Below are positions 29,201 to 38,800 of a stretch of 54,917 nt of DNA, in pieces. A program made the position numbers and the translations under genes. Within the stretch, counting starts at the first letter, position 1, and every line of letters starts with the position of its first letter. Source of the stretch: a virus (taxonomy: Duplodnaviria; Caudoviricetes); the IMG/VR virus record IMGVR_UViG_3300006752_000033, positions 1 to 54,917 of that record; one strand, written 5' to 3'. The notes beneath the pieces were generated by a model, which did not search any database, was not told where the DNA came from, and saw only the letters and a list, made by a program, of their open reading frames with translations.

Positions 29201-32200
29201 AAAGTGCATCCGCTAGAAAGAACTTCTCTAATACTTGTCTGTCTACTAGTGGGCCAAGCCAGACCAATAGAATCATCAAATCCAGGCCCGGCAGAGGTTG
29301 ATCTGACACGCATTGACTCACAGAATTCTGTTACGTTTACGTCATCAAAGAAACAATACAGTTTAGTTTTGGGTTTCAATCCAGAACATCTGACTCCAAT
29401 TGCTTTGGCTCGCATGAACGGCAAGAGAGAAACATCTCTTACTACATCACCTATATTAAACTCCAATGAACCAGCTGATTTAGCAGAAGCAGTTAATAGG
29501 TATTCTGTTGTTGACTGCACGATACTTGAAGTTGTGGTTGTAGTATCAAAGGAACCACTAACATCGATGTTACCAGTTGTTGTTGTTGTTTTTTTGCCGT
29601 CTTCAATTTTCTCGAACCATCCATTTGGGTTGTTTGGGGTGGTTGATCCTGCTGGCAGAGGAGGGTTAAATACTTCCTCACTCTCCATTTTAAAGGCACC
29701 ATCACCGCCTGGTTCAAAGTTGGTTGTTGTCGTAGTTTGTTTGCCAGAAAAAGAACCAGGCACTCCAGCAACTGCGCCGGTAGTGATAGCACTAGAAGTA
29801 CCAATAACATTCTTGGAGGCATTCACAGAAGCAGCTGCAGCTTGTACAGCTGCTTGGTTGTTGGAAGTGAGGTTCATCGGTTCCATTGTACTAGTAGAAG
29901 CAAAGTTGTCCGATCTTGGGAACAACTCCATCTTACCAGTATAGTTGAACAACAATTCTCCAACACAATTTCTAGTCTTAGTAGCAAAACGATTTTCAAA
30001 CAATCCCTCTTTAACGTAAGGTCTTGTTATGTGTTGCCCCATAAATTTCCAAGTAGAACTCTGGTGATTTGGGTTAATAACTAGATCAACATCACTTTCT
30101 TCGTAGTTTGGTTCTGCTAGTTTTGCTATAGAGTCGTAAGCGCAGTTATAGCTGGGGTCAGCAAGATCACTAAGAAGGTCACTATCAAATGCGTTGACAT
30201 AGATACCGTTCTTAAATCTGTCGTTCCCGTTAGCGTCTAGTAATTGTGTATCCTTTGCACTCATTTCCATCAGAGATAATGCAAGATAATACTCCAACCT
30301 ATCAATTCTTTTTGCGATATTACCAATGTCAGCCATGGTATATCGTTTAGTTTGTCCTTGTAGTTCAAAGGTTGCAGACTGTTCCAGTTTGCCATATTTT
30401 ATCGCAACTTTTCTGGAAATAGACGGGAACGGAGGAATGTAAATTTGTGCTATTTGCATACCCTGTTTCAATACAGGGGGTTTAGCCTTAGCTTCTGATA
30501 GACCCTCTTTGATCGTCATTCTACCAAACTTGTCAATGAAAACTTTGTCGATTCTAGGTAGGTAATATGTTACGTCAGTGGTGAAAGCAGTAGCTGGAAT
30601 CGGATATTGAATACCATTATTAGGCAAATCCAAGTCTTCGGTCCTATAGGGGTTCTGTGTAGCACCAGCCAATGTTAGAGAACTAGCGGCAGTATTTTTA
30701 ACATATGGTCTGAAGTCAATACAGTCTCTCAAATCCATTGTGCCGAAAAGTTCTGATCTGTAGTACGGTACTTCGTGTGAGTATATACCAGTAGCACCAG
30801 TATCGTCAACTGGATAAGAATCAAAAGCAAAGTATGTTCCGTTGGAACTATCGTAGTCTGGGTCAAAGTGACTAAATTTGACCGTAATCAACTTATTTGA
30901 TAAGTCAATTGCTTCTGTACCCTTCTTAGAAATACTGGCGTGAGTATAAAGATTGTCACGTTGACCATTGTCCAAGTTAAAACTATCTTTTAAGTTTACT
31001 GGATTGTCAGCGTCATCAAAGTGTCCGCCTTGTCTTTCACCGTCTGCAACATAGATAGCTTCAATTTCATTGACATCACAAACACCAAGACTCCAAGGAC
31101 CAGATGCACCACCAGCATTATCTACTGTGCGGATTTTAACATACCGTGAAGTGTTTAAGTTCTTTGTGACCGGAACGGCATCAGTTACTTTCAGTTTGAC
31201 TTGTAAATATAAGTCAGCAGCACCGCTCATAGCTCCTACACCACCACCTGATGTGAGGTCAAAATCCATTTGGTCAAAAGCAAAAGCAGTAACCATAGAG
31301 GGGGTCATGGGAATAATTGCGCCAGGCGGATATACTACACCGCTTATAGTAACCGAATTCCCTCTGTTTACAAGATAGAACGAATCGGTCATCTGAGCAG
31401 CAGTGGGAGTGGCAGAATATGGGAAACTAAATTCAGAACCTAGACCAGCAATGGACACTTGAAACGTGCCAGCATTGTCGGTACTGAGTCCCGAAAACTC
31501 CTCCGTGTAGTAATACTGGGTGTCTAATGTATTTCCTGATTCAGCATAAAGAGTCTTCGTTGATCTCCAAGGACATCGGAATACCATCTTGTTGTGTGAT
31601 CGGCCCTTTAAATCAGCAAAGACAATGGGATCACCGTCAATGTCTATTCCGGCTTCTAAAATGATGTTTGCAAAAGAACCACCAGAAAGTCCATTGTAAT
31701 ATAAGGTTCTTGCATTTGTTATATTACCTCTAGTAATTTTTACATCATAGACAAATACTCTGTATCTAGAAGCGGCATCGCCTGGTGTTCCATTTAACAG
31801 TTTGATACTTCTGACTCGGCACTGGCCAATTTTGTCAGATGTAGCTGGTGCAGCAGTTGAAGAGAATGTACCGTCAGTGACTGCACCAGAAAGCAGAGCA
31901 GCAGTACCCGATCCAGTACCAGCGCCCGAAGCGGTGAATATAGTTCCTACAGCAGAGTCAGCGGCACCGATCAGCGTAAAGTCGGTAGTACCCGCTGTAA
32001 CGATTTGGTACTGGGAACCGACGGCAAATGAACCACCGGAAACTGTCTGGTTGGTATAGATGCCAATCGTATCGCCCGCTTCCATACTCCAATCGCCACA
32101 AACTTCTCTACACTCAAAATAGTTTCCATATCCGAGGTTAGTATCTAGTCCTTCTTTTGTTTCTGTGGCGACACCTTTTCTAACTTTTAAATATGTATTT

Positions 32201-33690
32201 GCTTCACCAGCACCAAAGTCTCTTCGGTATCCATCTACATATGCAACGCCTGGCGAGACCTTAGCAACCAAAGCATTTGGATCGCCTGGGTTGATAGGAT
32301 CATTTGAGAGATATACACCACTATTATCAAATCTGTACGAGTCTCCCGCATAGGTAAATTTTACTTCACCAGAAGTTACAGTGCCACTAGTGTGAACCGG
32401 AGGCGCTCCAGCAGCTGCTTCGGCCGGCCCGGTGTTAGAAGAATAATACAGATTGCCGTTATGGTTTACAAACTGATTTGACGCATAAGTGGTATTAACT
32501 GAAGTATTGAATGTAGACCCCTTGACTGTTTTAAGGTGTTCTAACAACTCCAGAGTGAACGGTTCAACTACATAGTTGCCCGACTCTTCGTATGTTCTTT
32601 CAGCAAGAGTTACACCAAGTCTAGAATACTCCTTCAACTCTGGATTGAGTTTCCTGACAATGGCACCGTCTTGCACCTTGTACACAGCGGTAAAGTCTTC
32701 TGGGAATGGGAAGAAAGTAAAAGTCGCACTGCCGAAAGTTTGTGAACCGGATGTGTGTACTGGGCCTGGGTTTGACTCATCAAGAGCTCCAGTAGTACCA
32801 GCTGTTGTAACTTCATACAGTTTATCATCAAAGGAAACATGTTGGCCTAAGTCATAATAGGTATTGTTTGCAAACTCTGCACCAAAAGGAACCTTCTCAA
32901 TGACGGTTGTAATCTTTGTTCGATCCGCGCCTGGGGCATTGTAGTTAAAAGCTCCTGTCGCTGGGTCTAGCAAAGTCCCATCTGAATCTGAGGTGACAAT
33001 TTCTTCTTTGAGAATTACACCAATAAAATAATTTACTCGAGCACTGTAATCATCAAGTCTAATAATTTGTCGTTCATGTTTTACAAACTTACCTTGAATA
33101 AACAAAACGCCTTCTGGAATAACAAAATCCATTGCCAGTCCATAAAAATTTTCTGTAAAACTATCAAAGTTTGTATTAGTGTCTACAACAAACGTATCGC
33201 CGTTTCTATCGGAATCGTCGGATACTACAGTAAGAGTCTCACCAGCATCAAATCTTTTGTTGGTGTTGTCGCCGGCGCCATCGGTATTACCTACTTTATA
33301 ATCTAAGTAAAGAATCTTCTTTGCTGTGACATTGGTGGACAACCCAGACTTGACCGCCGTAATATTTGCCCTAATTCCAGTTACGCTGCCAATTACCGCG
33401 TCTCCAGTATATGATTCTAGAGAGTCGTTTGAAACAGTAACTCCCGCATTATCAACGTCAGATATTTTTATGTATTCCAGAAGATTGATACTTCCTTCAC
33501 ATCCACTGACCGCGGCTCCATCAACAAACAAATGTTCTGCAAAGTCTTTTATGGTTTCATAAAAGTAATCCTGCATTTGAGTAAGTTCGCGAGCCTGCAC
33601 GGCAACGCCGGGTTTGAAGACCACACGATTAAACTTTTTATTTGCATCAAAGTCATCATAGTATGGAGATACATTTAAATTGATTGCCAT
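26257..33690 (-). CDS. Giant virion/baseplate-associated protein (DUF4815/VrlC-like)
   Basis: NLNVSPYYDDF..KF.RV.FKPG.AVQARELTQ.Q, NYNAPGADR, LAERTYEESGNY, DPIAQSF, WTPHQQEDLKF. Confidence 0.88.
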   Translation of the reverse strand: MAINLNVSPYYDDFDANKKFNRVVFKPGVAVQARELTQMQDYFYETIKDFAEHLFVDGAAVSGCEGSINLLEYIKISDVDNAGVTVSNDSLESYTGDAVIGSVTGIRANITAVKSGLSTNVTAKKILYLDYKVGNTDGAGDNTNKRFDAGETLTVVSDDSDRNGDTFVVDTNTNFDSFTENFYGLAMDFVIPEGVLFIQGKFVKHERQIIRLDDYSARVNYFIGVILKEEIVTSDSDGTLLDPATGAFNYNAPGADRTKITTVIEKVPFGAEFANNTYYDLGQHVSFDDKLYEVTTAGTTGALDESNPGPVHTSGSQTFGSATFTFFPFPEDFTAVYKVQDGAIVRKLNPELKEYSRLGVTLAERTYEESGNYVVEPFTLELLEHLKTVKGSTFNTSVNTTYASNQFVNHNGNLYYSSNTGPAEAAAGAPPVHTSGTVTSGEVKFTYAGDSYRFDNSGVYLSNDPINPGDPNALVAKVSPGVAYVDGYRRDFGAGEANTYLKVRKGVATETKEGLDTNLGYGNYFECREVCGDWSMEAGDTIGIYTNQTVSGGSFAVGSQYQIVTAGTTDFTLIGAADSAVGTIFTASGAGTGSGTAALLSGAVTDGTFSSTAAPATSDKIGQCRVRSIKLLNGTPGDAASRYRVFVYDVKITRGNITNARTLYYNGLSGGSFANIILEAGIDIDGDPIVFADLKGRSHNKMVFRCPWRSTKTLYAESGNTLDTQYYYTEEFSGLSTDNAGTFQVSIAGLGSEFSFPYSATPTAAQMTDSFYLVNRGNSVTISGVVYPPGAIIPMTPSMVTAFAFDQMDFDLTSGGGVGAMSGAADLYLQVKLKVTDAVPVTKNLNTSRYVKIRTVDNAGGASGPWSLGVCDVNEIEAIYVADGERQGGHFDDADNPVNLKDSFNLDNGQRDNLYTHASISKKGTEAIDLSNKLITVKFSHFDPDYDSSNGTYFAFDSYPVDDTGATGIYSHEVPYYRSELFGTMDLRDCIDFRPYVKNTAASSLTLAGATQNPYRTEDLDLPNNGIQYPIPATAFTTDVTYYLPRIDKVFIDKFGRMTIKEGLSEAKAKPPVLKQGMQIAQIYIPPFPSISRKVAIKYGKLEQSATFELQGQTKRYTMADIGNIAKRIDRLEYYLALSLMEMSAKDTQLLDANGNDRFKNGIYVNAFDSDLLSDLADPSYNCAYDSIAKLAEPNYEESDVDLVINPNHQSSTWKFMGQHITRPYVKEGLFENRFATKTRNCVGELLFNYTGKMELFPRSDNFASTSTMEPMNLTSNNQAAVQAAAASVNASKNVIGTSSAITTGAVAGVPGSFSGKQTTTTTNFEPGGDGAFKMESEEVFNPPLPAGSTTPNNPNGWFEKIEDGKKTTTTTGNIDVSGSFDTTTTTSSIVQSTTEYLLTASAKSAGSLEFNIGDVVRDVSLLPFMRAKAIGVRCSGLKPKTKLYCFFDDVNVTEFCESMRVRSTSAGPGFDDSIGLAWPTSRQTSIREVLSSGCTFNSGETIDGVVNFPDVIKTDDAGDCAFTLNLPGDRFPVGTRRIFVVDDPTNRNNFITTMAENQYSAFGMHQTTQEVSLTAELYQLEYGSTTGGTSSAVVGTTVTGVENSAATISVDITDVETTIDVTNPVYVFHPPIRFGDPIAQSFAVDQSPTEVFLSRVKVWFRSRPGEKDGISNLDTSPINTGTGRKLTMEIRQCNSAGYPTNVVIGRSTLPYNAIKTTPDLSGGNATNFDFRDEFSTNFDFGKGPDLSSFRTGNVADFRIGLSQESLQKPVVLDPTKEYAFIIIPENNDPNYDIWCSKLGETKIGTAADRVTAEEAFSGILFTSANNRTWTPHQQEDLKFVMYAWTFPTGTGEVEFVNEHAEFVSAKDFIGGKPDKNEPGTWYSFKNSIGNAGTGYSVGDVINIDSSTKTNVPSGIKFEVLTVGGGGEVLTIKALQYSDGSNASYRNWPYTCGVDSIGQGNFEFINGDLSTLLPVPCQSDVVFAQGSTTGSGVGFTVNMRPKKMLMKKVDNVLDRYDFILPDAPFEREVDVTAILNGDTSLLPQVDDLWFQRKIGIKSFYIKEAGLKKIINVTRTNMTLRDYDSTDTQVFRAVTNSSGVNQAGSTFTPMIPTMLMPTNQECAVYSLSGELGFAVGGNIMEKKSYRHRVQLSNAVSTVSPILNPSRTSAEVREYLVNNDYANEENAAGGNARARFISKIVRLADGQEAEDIHLSVGQFTPPGSEVKVYFRGVTAHDDIDIRREKNWVEMVFGSNNRNGSLNNNSFVDMEYKLPQTSLSGGKYFYDTSRLNPTALVLNGGSGYSSLDEATVFVDGGTSTDIVFRTINSGVLQGDFDVLNPGANFNGVAPTIKIGLDHQGSETYPVNTVVADTDTTAGVERIYRCITPGTTNALSENTNPGHALDGSALNDTASDGTCVWQYIGDRATFTPSSIQLETVTHTGFKYFQCKIVLLASNTSVIPRLKQLRMIALQAGVQDSA

Positions 33691-33699
33691 CTTTTTTCC

Positions 33700-35307
33700 C
33701 TAGAACGTAAAGATTAACTTCACCGTCTCAACTTGATCTTCGTCTCTGGTGATAGGTTTTCTGTTGTCGTAATATAAAAGTTCTCCCGATCTAACATCTA
33801 TTTCGGGATTCGCAAGAGTACTACTATTTATAGTCAGTCCAGTGATGTCTTGTGTGTTATTTGTCAAAGTATCTGACTCTGCAATACCAGCAGTTATCTC
33901 TTGCAAGTAAACGGTATCGTCTGTCTGATCTTCGTTTGCATCTCTGATCTGAGTAACTAAGAATTCTCCTTGACTATCGGTTGTAATGTTATCATCTGGA
34001 GCAAAACTGGTTGGGGTTGAAGTGCCAACTGTAAAACAGGCCGTACCCGTTGCGTCATTGAAAAGTGTTGTGTTTCCATACGGATGTATGTTCTTCAACA
34101 ATCCAACTTGTCTATAATCATTGGATGTAATCAAATCTTGTGAGTCGTTATCAAAGGATATGGTAATACCAACCCTTCTGGTAAATAATTCCTGTTGTGG
34201 GTTTGAACCATGTCCACCCCAAGGAGCAATGATTGCCCTAAAGGAAGCATTAGTACCAGAACCCAAAGTTTGGGTAAGTGTTACCGTAGCCTTCGTGTAT
34301 CCAACGCCAGGGTCAGTAATCGATATCGACTCGACGTTTCCGTTTGTATTGATTACCAATGCTGCTTGGGCGCCTTGACCATCACCTTCGATCTTAACTA
34401 GTGCGTCACCGTTTACATAGTCTTGTCCGATATTATCAATAATGATATTATCAATCGTTCCTCTCACCGCAGTGGATTCTACTGGACCTTGAAGTGTGTT
34501 GGATTCGGTAGACCCCAACAAAGCATCAGCTGTCGCCAGTGTGGTAAAACCACCACCCGTCAAAACAACGTCTGCAAAACTGTATCCATAACCACCATTT
34601 GTGATGGTAATCGCAGTCACCACTCCACCGGAAACGGTAGCAGTGGCAACAGCACCAATGCCGTCTCCCTGTATAGTAACAATCGGAGAACTTGTATATC
34701 CAGCGCCACTATTAGAGATGGAAATATTATCAATCTCGCCGTTTACATCAAAGTCCGGTTCTCCTCCACCAGAAACTTTTCTCACTGGCATATAAGCGCT
34801 GGACAGAAACTTTGTTCTATCAGAAGCACCTATTTGAAATAGAAACTTCCACTGGTATCCATCAGCAGTTTCAAAAACTTCTGTTCCTGTACTAGACGGT
34901 TTCGTTGTACTCGGTGCATTAAAATTATTATTCATGCACTTGTAGACATTGAAATCTTCTGTAAGAACATAAAAGTTTGCTTCATCAAGTGATGTTGCAC
35001 CAGAGTTGGAAGTATTGGTTGGAGTCAGTGCATCGTCATACTGGTCATACACTGTATCACTTACCCAATCGATCCTTCTAGCAAGCATGGCTACATCGGA
35101 GTTTTGGACCTTCTTTACAAAAAGAATGTCTCTCCGAAATTGTGACATGTCGATCCTGTTATCAAAAGAGGTGTCAGGATCGGTGTCTACTGTCCAAGTG
35201 GAGGTACGCGAGGCAGCTAAGAAATATCTATCATTGTCATTGTAGATATCTCTATAAAATGATCTTGCCTGTTGTACCCTTGCTTGGTCTCGTATTAATA
35301 TAGCCAT
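33700..35307 (-). CDS. gp8: Baseplate wedge subunit gp8
   Basis: FYVLTEDFNVYKC, DGYQWKFLF, GGHGSNP..EL, YRQVGL, SGELLYYDNRKPITR..Q.E..K. Confidence 0.88.
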   Translation of the reverse strand: MAILIRDQARVQQARSFYRDIYNDNDRYFLAASRTSTWTVDTDPDTSFDNRIDMSQFRRDILFVKKVQNSDVAMLARRIDWVSDTVYDQYDDALTPTNTSNSGATSLDEANFYVLTEDFNVYKCMNNNFNAPSTTKPSSTGTEVFETADGYQWKFLFQIGASDRTKFLSSAYMPVRKVSGGGEPDFDVNGEIDNISISNSGAGYTSSPIVTIQGDGIGAVATATVSGGVVTAITITNGGYGYSFADVVLTGGGFTTLATADALLGSTESNTLQGPVESTAVRGTIDNIIIDNIGQDYVNGDALVKIEGDGQGAQAALVINTNGNVESISITDPGVGYTKATVTLTQTLGSGTNASFRAIIAPWGGHGSNPQQELFTRRVGITISFDNDSQDLITSNDYRQVGLLKNIHPYGNTTLFNDATGTACFTVGTSTPTSFAPDDNITTDSQGEFLVTQIRDANEDQTDDTVYLQEITAGIAESDTLTNNTQDITGLTINSSTLANPEIDVRSGELLYYDNRKPITRDEDQVETVKLIFTF

Positions 35308-35331
35308 TCGGCAAACTCCTAAAAATTAAGA

Positions 35332-35781
35332 TTAGGAGTCGCTTACAGTCAGCGTCCAAGTAATTTTTAACGTATCCGCGGCAGCCTTATTCACTACTGA
35401 GAATACTGTTCTGCAAAGCAGATCACCACCAGTAACGTTATTCAAGACACCGGCTTCAACGACAGCACCAGTACCAGTACCAGCAGGAAAATCTCCGACA
35501 TAGGTAATAGTATTACTGGAAACGGTTGTTGATGTAAGAGCGACTCGACCAAGTTCCACTCCAAGGGTACTATCACCAGCTGCAGCAGCAGTGTTGTCAG
35601 AACCAACAGCCATGTGAGACATGACAGTTGTAGTAGCGTCTTTCATACGCTCGGTGATATAATCAAGACCGTCACTAACAACAACGTTAGTCGTATCTTC
35701 TGTGTGAATAAGGTTGCCTTCCTTATCAAACTGTTGAATGGTCAAACGACCTTTGGCATTTAAGGCAGTAGAATGTTGCAT
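35332..35781 (-). CDS. Virion structural protein
   Basis: AGGAG RBS; MSHMAVG, GTGAVVEAG, LLCRTVFSVVNK...LKITWT. Confidence 0.75.
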   Translation of the reverse strand: MQHSTALNAKGRLTIQQFDKEGNLIHTEDTTNVVVSDGLDYITERMKDATTTVMSHMAVGSDNTAAAAGDSTLGVELGRVALTSTTVSSNTITYVGDFPAGTGTGAVVEAGVLNNVTGGDLLCRTVFSVVNKAAADTLKITWTLTVSDS

Positions 35782-35821
35782 TTGTATCTCCTTTGGGGAT
35801 TTGTTTTGCCTGTGATCTTCT

Positions 35822-35829
35822 TATTTATA
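35822..35829 (-). promoter_or_regulatory. T4-type late promoter TATAAATA
   Basis: Exact consensus in an intergenic gap. Confidence 0.8.
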
Positions 35830-35835
35830 ATGTTT

Positions 35836-38800
35836 CTAGAAGTTAATTACGGAATCTGCAACATAATCTTCAGCAAAATATGTTAAGTCTTCCATATAAG
35901 ATTGAGATATTAAACTACCACTATCAGCGGCACCAAATGTATCCGTAGTTCCGGTAGTAATATCAAATTCTGTTGATTCATTTACATTTGGAGTTTCTGT
36001 CGGTGAAGTCGCTACTTCAAAACTTGTGCCATCTCCGAATGCGATTGTATCACTCGGTCCAACACCAATGTCAAATTTGTCTAGGGAGTCAGCCAGTGCA
36101 AATGTATCTGTGGTAACTGGTTGAGCTTCAACCGATGGGATGTCCTGCATGTTCATCGTATCAACAGCAGTTGTAGTCACATCAAATTCTGTAGAATCAT
36201 CTACATCGTATGTGTCAGTAACAGGTCTGGTGACATCAAACACAGTAGAGTCATCGATGTTAATGGTGTCTGACTGTTCTGTAGTTATCTCAAATCGATC
36301 AAACGCATCAGCAAACAAGATATCTTCTGCAAGAACCCTATTCAATTCTGGCACTGCCGTGTCATCTATAGTTACAGATTCTTCGTCAAAGTCTGTCGGA
36401 GAAGTTCTGAAGAAAATGAAGGCGACTGTAATACTCGAATCGTCTAAAGTTATTTCGTCTCCACTCGGAATTACTCGGCGCACATAATCGTCGGCAGAAT
36501 CTGGATTTTGGAGGAAGTATGGGTCTCCGGTAAGTGTACCATCTGAAGTAGCATATAATCCATCTACAGGAGAAACGCCACCTGCAACTTCGATGTGAAC
36601 ACTTAAACTAGAAACAGCATCATCTATAAAGACAAGTGTTGTTCCTCTCTCTGGGTCTGCATCTAAAACCAATGCATAATCTTCTAAGAAATAGTCGGTA
36701 GCATATCCGCCAGTAGTAGTGGAGTCAAGCACCATCTCAATATCTTTGAATGGGTTTCCTTGTTCTACATAGTCTTCTAAGAAGTAATCACCATTCGCAA
36801 ATCTTTCTATGTAATCATCTTCCCTATCCCCGTGGACAAAGAAGTATGGAGCTCCCAAGATAGTTCCATCCTCGGTAGCGTAGACGTTTTGTACTTCCGT
36901 ACCTTGCAGTGTATAGGGCCCAAACTCATCTGACAATTCAAAGGAATCGGTTTTGCCCTGAGTAACATCAAATTTGTTGACCACCACTCCGATATTTTGT
37001 CTGGTTGACAGACCATCGCCTGGGAATATCGAATCCGAAATCGAGGGTTTGTGCATATCTTTCGCAAAGTCATCATCCGAAATCAATATCTCTTCAATTT
37101 CTGGATATTTGAAGAACATGTAGACATCAGTCTCAACAACAAAGTTTGAGGACAAATCAACATCTTGTTTAATCTGCAAGTTTCCAAAGACACCAAATCC
37201 AATTGGGTGAGCAGCTCTTTTGACATACCCATCCCATTCGGCCTGAGGTCTTTCACTCTCAATTTCATATGAGAAGTGTTGGTAAATTCTGTTATCAAAT
37301 ACTTTGTTTGCATCTGACAAGAAACTTCCGGCGTCTTTAAACACACCAGCGAGAAGCGCATTATATCCAGTGGTTACGTCGATTGTACAAGTTTGATCTG
37401 AGTCAGAAACAATATCAAATTTGAAGTCAGCTCTGTAGTATCCAGCGCCAACAGCAATTACTTCAAATTCACTTGGGTATCCGTTGTCACTTAAAGCAGT
37501 AACTTTGATATATCCATTATTAGTGGCGCCACTAATCGTGTAGTCTTCTAAGAAGTAATCTATAGCATACTGGCCAAGAGTTGATCCTGTTTCCGATACT
37601 TTGAAAGTATCACCAATATTAAAACCACCATTCGTAGTAGAAGATGATGGAGATATTGTATTGAAAGTAGAACCATTTAAAACTCTAGTAGGAAAAGCCT
37701 TTAATTCTTCTTCACCTTCTAATGTGATATAAGAAAACAGATTAGCAACGTTTATTTTGAGTTCTGGTGGGTTGTTATATCCAATCCCTCTAGCGTTTGA
37801 GATGAACGAGGTAGAAGTGACAACACCATCAGTTATTCTTGTTGAAATGGCTGCATCGGATAAGATAGTATCAGCTGGGTTTGGTTTAATCGTCACGCCA
37901 GGATTTGCACTAAATCCAGTACCACCATCAGTAATTAGAACGTGGTCTATCTTACCAGAAGTAATTGTGCCAACTTTAAACTTTACGGGAGGCGTTCCAG
38001 CGCCCCCAAATACCGTTGTTGGTATTTCAAAAATTTCACCAAGAACATAATTACTGCCAACTGAATTAACAGTGACACTATCTATGGAGTTTCCTTGGAT
38101 TACTACTTCAAATTCTGCGCCAGTGCTTGATGTTGTCTTGTGGTCATCAAAAGATAGGAATCGAAACTTTGAGGTTCCGTTCAAGACTTCTCCACTTTCA
38201 TGTGTGGGTCCAGTACCAGACGAATCAGTTGTCCCTTCGTTTACAGTAACGTACAGTTTACCGTTTGCCGTGACATACGTCCCTTTTGGATACTCAACAT
38301 TATTTTGATATTCAACATCTAGATAAGATGTGTAATCGGACTCGGTAATTGTGTATGTTCCATCGACTACGCTGGAACTGGGATTTTCAAAAATTCCACC
38401 AGTACCAGTGCCGGTTATCGTGCCAACGTTACCGCAGACATAAGCAAACAACTGATCGTCATATCCATCTTGTCCAACGCCGGGCCCAACCAGAGTAAAA
38501 CTGGGAGGTAAGTCCAATACCAACTCAAATGTTTGCGGGTTGGTGTATGATATTTTTGTAGCTCGTTTTACTGTAGTAGTTTTAATTAAATTCTGTGTAG
38601 AAGCCCCCTCGGAAACAGAATAGTGGAGGTCGATTCTCCTGCCTTCCAACTCCAAGGGGTTGTTTGGATTCGATTCTGATTCAAAAACTTTAATAACATA
38701 GTCTTGAGTAAATTGGTTTGATGAAGGTCTAAGAATAAATTGACCAGAGTTTACTACACCCACATCTTCGTTGTACAGAGCTTTGAATAGATATTTGATC

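Noticed and set aside
29493-29822. Leu/Gln-rich alternative-frame ORF (also 4382-4573) as another overprinted gene
   Set aside because: Explained by ordinary T/A-ending codons in Thr/Ala/Gly-rich coding; no sharp compositional boundary or convincing SD.
29042-29944. 300-aa plus-strand ORF
   Set aside because: In-register antisense shadow of a Thr/Gly/Ser-rich part of the 2477-aa gene; no motif or RBS recognised.
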